Positions 55,981 to 64,000 of a stretch of 64,000 nt of DNA are shown here, one piece after another. The notes beneath the pieces are model-generated. The model had not been told where the DNA came from and ran no database searches. It worked only from the letters and a program-made list of their open reading frames with translations. The stretch lies in the NCBI GenBank assembly GCA_977030845.1, contig OZ365110.1, positions 992,001 through 1,056,000 on the forward strand. The letters are read 5' to 3'. The DNA is from Fimbriosthenelais zetlandica. Taxonomy: Eukaryota. Each line of letters opens with the position of its first letter. Within the stretch, counting starts at the first letter, position 1. The position numbers were made by a program, and so were the translations under genes.

Positions 55981-57869
55981 AAGAGGTTATGATAATGACG
56001 TCATAACCGGAAGTGGAAAAAGTACAACGCATGCGCTGTGACTCCACGATTCAAAGATGGCGGGCATGGCAGCCAAAAGTATTTTTCAGTATTTGAAAAA
56101 GCAGGAATTACATCACTCTGAGGAATTGTCAAGATCCCCAAAGCAAAGGCAAGTTGTGTGATTATATGGCCGTGCGTTTTGAGGGTTTGAGCCTCCATGA
56201 CATTCGTTTTTTCGTCCAATAACATCTCTTTAGTTCCCTTCATTTTATCAGCTATGGTGCGGTACGTAGGCCTACACGATCGGCCCCTACTATTATAGGC
56301 CAGTGACAGCCCAGCTTCCGGTAGGCCTAGCCATAGACCTACGTCCACTGCCAGAAAGAATAAATTATGCCGGGCAAGAAGAGTAACGTTAGGCCTAGTT
56401 CAGCTCCGATTGAGGCACCTCAACCTAGGCCTAGGCCTACATGTAGGCTACGGTATATCTTTAGTTTAGCCGTTGGTTATACTATGGGCCTAAAAGAATT
56501 CCTGGAATTCTAAACTCAAGCCTTGAGTGTGGATAACAATAGGCCTAACCAAAGATTTCTTTTTTTTTAAAGAGAAAAAGCAGTAGAGTCTAAATGAAAT
56601 ACAATAGAGGCCTACAATGCACATCCATAGGGATTAGAAAAATAAATAAGAAAACTAGTCTAGTCTTAAGGAAAAAAAATGAAAAATTACAAAAAAAGAT
56701 GCAAAAGAAAAGTGGTATAAGGGACCACCTCAGTGAGCCCGCCCTGAGTCAACAAACACAGCAAGTACAAACATAGAGGAGGACAGGCTTTCTGAACATT
56801 AAATCCTCACTAGGTGACTGAACCTGCTTAACCTGCGATCTATTTATTTTACCCCCTCCCCCCCCCCTCTCTCCCTCCTCTCTCTCTCTACCACTCCCCC
56901 TCCCCCCTCCCTCCCTCCCCTCTCAACTAGGCCCCTTACTGATCGAGACATGGAGGGGGTAGGGTTTATCCCCCATTTTAAAAATGTTTAAATCATTTTC
57001 TTTTTTAGGAAAAAACATCTGATGGATGGGGGTGGGGTTTCATATGGTCGCAAGATTTGCTGTTGGGGTGAGTTAAAATGGTGGGTTGGGTGGGAAGCGG
57101 GGACAATCCTACTACCCCTGGCCAAACCTGAATATGCCTCCTCTGTCTCCACTCCCCCCCACTACACCCCCTCATCTCACTCACCCCGTTTTAAACTTCT
57201 CCCTCTCACCCCTCACTCACACATACACACGCCTGGGAGGAGGACTGTCATGGAGCTTACCACACATTAAAACAACCTTAAAATCTACCTGACCGCCACA
57301 GGTAAATTATTAATACACATCTATTCTTACATCTATAGCTAGCTCTGATTTATAATTGTTATATATTTTCTCATTAAATTCAATAATTTTAAGATGACAG
57401 TTGAATACCTCACTAGTCACATGATGCGTCGCTCTTACAGAGTTTCAAAGAAATTTGGAATATTTTTATTATAAATTATTTATCTGATAAATTTATCAAT
57501 TATCACATTATAAATTCGCATGAGCAGATGTTTTAAAATATACACATATTTAAATAATTGATGGTTGATCTTTTTTCATACAATATTCATCCATAATTTT
57601 TTTTATCTTTATTAATAGTTTATTAAATTAGCAAAATTATTCAACAATAATGTACATATATTGCTCATATTGCTGCTCAGATTTTCTGGCTTTTAATAGA
57701 GTATAATATAAAGTTATAGAGATTGGTATTTTAGAGGGAGAATCAGATGTTGACTCAGACTTTTTACTATTGCAGCAGAATGCGTGGAGGGACGACCTGA
57801 TGCTTGTTTAACGGTAAACAAACGCCTTCCTCTCTATATCTCCTCCTTACCTTATATTATAGGGCACCT

Positions 57870-58210
57870 TACTGGAGCAGGGACAGGGGCAGGGACAGGG
57901 GCGGGGGCAGGGACATGGACAGGGAAGTGGGAAGGGACTGGGACAGGGAAGGAGGAAGAGACAGGGACAGGGAAGGGACATGGACAGGGAAGTGGGAAGG
58001 GACTGGGACAGGGAAGGAGGAAGAGACAGGGACAGGGAAGGGACATGGACAGGGAAGTGGGAAGGGACTGGGACAGGGAAGGAGGAAGAGACAGGGACAG
58101 GGAAGGGACATGGACAGGGAAGTGGGAAGGGACTGGGACAGGGAAGGAGGAAGAGACAGGGACAGGGAAGGGACATGGACAGAAACGGACAGGGGGCAGG
58201 GACAGGGGGT
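57870..58210. repeat. 65-bp G-rich repeat, about 4 copies
   Basis: ggacatggacagggaagtgggaaggg... at 57911, 57976, 58041, 58106, 58171. Confidence 0.9.
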
Positions 58211-59586
58211 CATCTACCTAGGGACGGAACAAAGGTGTGGGTAGGGGGCCTCAGCATGGGTCTTAAATATTGAAATTCTGGCCACCAATCCAATTTAAGC
58301 CACCCCTTGATATTTTTTTTATTATTTTGAAGAAAAAAAAACTTTTATTTGAAATCCTCTACCTAGCGCCTCTGGATGTCTATCCCCAAGTAATCAATGA
58401 TACGATAGAGGAAGGACGTTTATCCAGCAATTAACCATGGGTTCCCACACCTGCGTGTAGGAGTTGTTGAGGGTGTAGGAGCTGGGCTGAGGGGAATAAG
58501 TACCCTTTACTTTGTGATTTATAATCTATTCTTCTCACAACTGTGAGAGATAGAGCTTTATTACTGATATAAATTACAAACAGGATCAGAGCGTAATCTT
58601 TAAAGCTCTTACTGTTAGTGGAAAGCCAGCTATATTAACATTCTCACACAATCTTCACCCCTCTCACCTGCCCACCAACCCCTCACCTCCCACTAGTTGC
58701 TAGGAGCCTGTATCATCCATTAGAAACCAGATTGTTAGGTCTTAAAAATGAAGATTATAGGTTTTAAAAAGTCTTTAAAAAGTCGTACATGTTATCATCT
58801 CAGAACCGCAGGAACCCTGGATGCTACTACCCAATATCTCTAACCTCACCAGTGTCAACCTAGCGATATATGCATTCTTATCTATACATAGATAAACTTT
58901 TTTATAATCATTAATTTTCTTCTATCTACATGGATCTTAAAGTAGAGACTCTCGCATGTTGAGATCTAATAATAAAAAGTCCACACAAATGTCTTTCATA
59001 GATCTAAGATTAAAAGGTATCGTTTATTCCTCAGTTAATCATTCAGGAAGTCCTGATCTCTGTGTCTATGAGGAAGTGTAGTGAAGTACCGTATCATGGT
59101 CGCACGACAGACGTGATCTAAACACCAGCCAATCAGTGAACAGAGTCTCCAGAGAATCTTGATTAAAATGGCTAATTTCCAAATGACTTTCATTATCCGA
59201 TTATAAAACGCAGAAAACACACAGCATCTCAGTACAATCCCTGCACAATATCTGGATCATTGGACTTTTATTCATTTTCTTGCCAGTAATAATTTTCTGA
59301 TTATTCTACATTATTTTCTTTTAATCTGACAATCTCATTGGATTTCGATTAGATTATCAATGATTAGGATTATGTATAATCTTATCTTGCGATGGGCGGG
59401 TAGAACTCACATTATGGACAACTGAGATAAACTGAGTAAATGTTTTTCTTATAGATTTTTTAGTTAGAATCCATGTTTAGATTCTGACCGTGGATCATAT
59501 ATTCTATTGGATTATATATATAAAATATATTATTTCATGTTGTATAATTATTATCATGATTTTATTTGTCAGTGACGCGTTGTAAG

Positions 59587-62500
59587 ATGCCGGAGAACGC
59601 GTGTACGCGTGCATTACGCCCGTCTAACTTCCTCCTCCACCATCACCATCCTATACTCTTCGTCACCTGTCAGGTAAAAACCTTTATAAATTATTGTAAA
59701 TCTTTGTTTTTACCAATAATGGCGCATCACTTGTACATGGCACATGGATCATGACTGGGGGAAGTCCAATACCCCGCTCAGAGAACTACTAGAACATGAA
59801 CAAATCAATTTATCATTTTACTAAGTTTAAAATGCCCCGAGGTTTTTGAGGGAATTCAATATAACTTTACAACATTATTATAATATATTTGTCTTATTAT
59901 GAGGAGAACATGGCAGTAGGGAACTCCTAGATCCAATCATTCTTTTCTTTTCCAATAATCTAATGACATTCACAAACCTGCAAGCCTATACCAAAGACCC
60001 AGATCTAAGACTTAATGTATTTACTGATTCATTGATATTCATGTCTCATACAGTCAAACATTAGAGTAAACTGTATTATAACTGTGTTAATACAGTAAAC
60101 CCTGGTATAATGGTATAATCTAGGTAAACCCTGGTATAATCTAGGTAACCCACAACGTCTGGACTCCCACTCACAGGCTTAGACGTAGAGAAAGCTCATG
60201 GGAATATTATAGTTCCTTCTTAAAAATTAAAAAAATTAAATGGGTCTCGCTTAGACCCAAAGCAGTCTACTTTTCACAGAAACCTTTTTAATATTACTTT
60301 CATAGAGACCATTCCTTTAAAGGGCAAAATTAATTTTTAAATTTAAAGTTTTAATAATGCCGTACTGAGGTTACTTGAGAGACACACCCTAAACCTGCCC
60401 CCCAGACCCAGTAAGTCAAGGTAAACACAGCGCTCGCCCCCCGACCCCCCGACCCGGGGCTTGTAGAATCATGTCAGGGAGGTTTAGCTTCTGGGGCGGT
60501 GGCGGGTGTGAGTCAATACGCGCGTTATGTTCTATATTCCTAATAATCCTACCTTATACTTATATTACCCTCTCATGTCCCTATACCCCGTACATACCCC
60601 CCTATATCTATACACACAACACCCTCTCATCCCCCCTATACCACCCTCTTCTACACACATTCTATATGTTCTCATTTTCACGCTCCAGTGACCATACATA
60701 AGATATTAGTTTTAGTTTCAGGGGTTCCTTAAACAGGTAAGCAAGCCTGGGAGCTCCAAACTCCACGAATTATAAACATCATTAGGCCCTATTGACCATT
60801 CTTAGATCTTACAATAAAAATAATTTATCCAAAGAGTTTCTTAAAGTGAGATTTAGTTTGAAACACTACTGTGCTGAAGGTAATTAATGTGTCTCAATGA
60901 CAAATATGTACCAGTGTAGGACTTAATTTAAGTGATATAGTCGCTTTAATGACATGTTTCTATGTTACAGTGGGGCTGGCCACGTCTACTCTACGTCATC
61001 TACCGTACCGTTATCGCAGCCTACTTCATGGTGATATAGTCGCTTTAATAACCCATGTTTCTATGTTACAGTGGGGGTGGCCACGTTTGCTGTACGTGAT
61101 ATAGTCGCTTTAATGACCTGTTATATGTTACAGTGGGGCTGGCCACGCTTGCTGTACGTGATATAGTCGCTTTAATGACTCATGTTATATGATACAGTGG
61201 GGCTGGCCGCGTCTACTCTACGTCATCTACCGTACCGTTATCGCAGCCTACTTCACCACGTGGATCATCCTGTCTGGTACCATCAGTCCTCACCCCGTCA
61301 TCTCACAGAGGATTAAATGGTTCATCTACCTCACAAACTGGACGTACTTCCTACTGACGGCTAACTGTATCATACTGGCTGCTACAGCATCATACCGGTA
61401 CCTGACAGACCGGCGGGCAGTCAGCTACCCAGGTTAGACATTCATTATCATTCATTAACATTCATACTGACTGTTAACTATCATATTGGCTATACCAGGT
61501 CAGTGAACTTACAGTCCAGCTCAAGGGTTGATTATGCTCCTTAATAATGTCAAGGCGAAGCCGAGAGGTTATTAACATTGTTGTCAGTAAATATCAAACC
61601 CCATTCATTGATATTAAGCACAAATTAATAATCCTGGCGGGAATCATATATATGGCATGTATTGCAGAGATTATAATATCTCCTAGAATCGTACTTAAGA
61701 TATCACAGCTGTAGGGGGACTTTTTCAAGGCCTTCCTCGTTCCATTTAACATTTTAATTAAGATATGACGAATGTAAGGTCCTTGATTCATTATATGATA
61801 CATATATAATGCCCTTGTTTCATTATATGTCCTTGTTTCAGATAACTCTAATGAGGAGTCAGACTTGCCGTGGTACCTCAAGGTACAGTGGGTCATCTAT
61901 AACGTGGCCTCGGCCGGCTCGCTGGCTGTCAGTGTGGGCTACTGGGGCCTGCTATGGCGACGTGAGTAGACCTTATAAATCCACTCTTATAATACTCTAA
62001 ATGTAGTGTACCCCCAACATCTGACCAAAACCGACCTCCCCCTTAAACTGACAATGTCTGTCTTATCCTAGTTTCCCTTCTATTCCTAAATTAACTCTGA
62101 CGCTCCCCAACAAGACTCATGCCATCTCTATCTCATCTAAATTCGGGTAATATATAATATATCAAACAATCGCTTATTACTTTAAATGATCCCAACTCAT
62201 CTAAATTCCAAGAAACCAAGGTAGGCCTATGTCCGACCATTTGTTGAAGTTGCAAATAATGAGACATTTTTAATAATTAAACATTATAATAATTTAACTA
62301 TTATTATTATTTTGCAGCTGGGGTTGACGTGAACGCTATCGGTATGAACACACACGCCATCAACTCCTTCTACGTGCTGGCAGACCTCTTTATCATGGCC
62401 ATGCCTCTCCGCCTCCTCCACTTCTGGTTCCCTCTCCTGTATGGTCTTCTCTACATCATATTCACCCTCATCTACCAGGCCGCGGGGGGCACGGACCCCG

Positions 62501-62829
62501 CCGGCCGCCCCTACATCTACTTCGTCCTGGATTTCCTGGGAAACCCGGCGCTGGCCGTGCCTACAGCCCTCATCACCATGTTGGTGGGTCTACCCGCGCT
62601 ATGGTTGTTCCTGTTCGGGCTTTATTCACTCAGAGTGTTTATAAACGGACTCATGTGCTGTAGATGTAGCTCATACCCCTCCACACAACCCCCAGATCAC
62701 GTGACACAAGATGGCGTCACTGTCATCAGTGACGGTATCCATGATAACATGACGTCACATGATGTGACGTCAGAGGTGAAGGTGATCACTCATGGAGCAG
62801 GCTCTGTGAACGAGGCGTTCACTGAATAA
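59587..62829 (+). CDS. rost: Rolling stone-like multipass membrane protein, 4 coding exons, about 317 aa
   Basis: Exons 59587-59673, 61198-61432, 61842-61961, 62318-62829, in phase. FVTCQW, KWFIYLTNWT, LPWYLKVQWVIYN, HAINSFYVLADLFIMAMPLRLLHFWFP, GGTDPAGRPYIYFVLDF are typical of the invertebrate rolling stone family. Confidence 0.8.
60938..61240 (+). repeat. Array of 4 rolling-stone exon 2 acceptor copies
   Basis: (t/a)tacag|TGGGG(C/G)TGGCC at 60971, 61072, 61134, 61198 (functional). Confidence 0.92.
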
Positions 62830-63123
62830 TCTTACAACGATGACGTCACAGTATAGAACTATATAATATACATGTATATATATACATGATATAAAACTAT
62901 ATATATATAGTTTTATATCACCCTTAATGGAAAATACATGGGACCAGTAACGCATCCACATCCTATTTATAAAGCTGACTAGTTCATTTAATTATAAATT
63001 ATGTTTTAAATTGCTTAATGTGTAAGAAAGTATCTTTAATATAGCATCAGTTAGTTTAAATCAGGACCGTATCTCAGGATTCTAATTCAGAAACATTCCA
63101 GAAACAAACTGTTATCTTATTAA

Positions 63124-63365
63124 AGCCGCACTATCCCTGATCTGTGATGAGCTAAATTTCCTTCTCAAGAACAATCTATGTTAGTTTAATCTGGATTAAA
63201 CATGGATTCTAGGCTGGACATTTGTTGTGAATTCAATATTCCTGCCAATCTTGAGTGCCAATGTAAGAGTGGAGAAGAAATAAAGTAGAAATCCGACTTT
63301 GTTCAAGCATAAACATTATAGCAATATGCCTATGCTTCAAGGAAAGGATCAGTGATAGAGCCGCT
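63124..63365. mobile_element. 242-bp MITE with TTAA target duplication (Kolobok-like AG...CT termini)
   Basis: TTAA at 63120-63123 and 63366-63369; left end AGCCGCACTATCCCTGATC versus reversed right end AGCGGCTCTATCACTGATC (16/19 match). Confidence 0.7.
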
Positions 63366-64000
63366 TTAAAGTCAGTAGAACTAAAGCTGTTAAGCACCTA
63401 TTCTTATTCTCCCTGTGGAATAGGACTTCATCATATAAGACAGTTGAAGGTATGACTGTTCTCACTTGACACTTTACATTACTTTTTTCTATCAGAATAA
63501 ATAAATCTTTTACAGAAATTCGTGTTTTCTTATCTTCAAGATGGCAGTCAAGAAACTTTTCATAACTACAAAAAACAATGAATCACAGATGTCACCAAAA
63601 CTTCGTACATTTATGCGCCCACTTTTATGCGCCCAGTGTTCTGAACCTCCCGAAGTTCCCCCCAAAAGGAATCCTTAAATTGAATAGAATTCACAGAAAT
63701 GACTGTCTTTAGGAAGGGGTCGATTTAAGGCATCTGATTGCGTCTATGTAGCCTACCTAAATAAAATAATTTGTATCTGCAAAAAAACGGCAAAGTTTAG
63801 GCCTACCTGGAGAACAATATCTCATCTAATACATCCATGTCTGATACCATATATCTTATATAGGCCTAGAGTAGATCATAGGGAATCTGGCTGGGCTGTC
63901 GTGGCGGTTGGAGTGACAGTGGGACATCCCGGCCTGCCTCCCGCCGAGTCCGTTCTCATTGAAGAGTCCGGCTCTCATTCACCAAACATTGATAATTAAA

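Noticed and set aside
57784-58273. Several G/R/D- or P/C-rich ORFs
   Set aside because: Translations of the 65-bp G-rich repeat.

Overview
This is eukaryotic (invertebrate animal, probably a marine lophotrochozoan; inferred, not proven) genomic DNA with nine spliced genes that I assembled by hand from GT-AG junctions with consistent phases. They are DEK (-), folliculin FLCN (+), a caspase-3/7-like protease (-), PLGRKT (-), IQANK1 (+), two tandem BK-channel beta-subunit (CaKB/KCNMB)-like paralogues (+, the first frameshifted), GPI mannosyltransferase PIGB (-) and a rolling-stone-like membrane protein (+). Most long ORFs in the track are by-products of tandem repeats. The striking property is that about 20 tandem arrays or duplications sit exactly across exon ends. 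Each unit is an exon edge plus its splice site (or stop codon) plus adjacent intron, with 2 to 42 copies, in seven of the eight gene types. The non-functional copies differ from the functional exon almost only at synonymous positions: by hand count about 44 synonymous versus about 7 non-synonymous variants. This looks like an undescribed exon-boundary archive or silent-cassette system, or a recombination process that captures alleles at exon edges. All coordinates and counts were read by eye and need computational confirmation.
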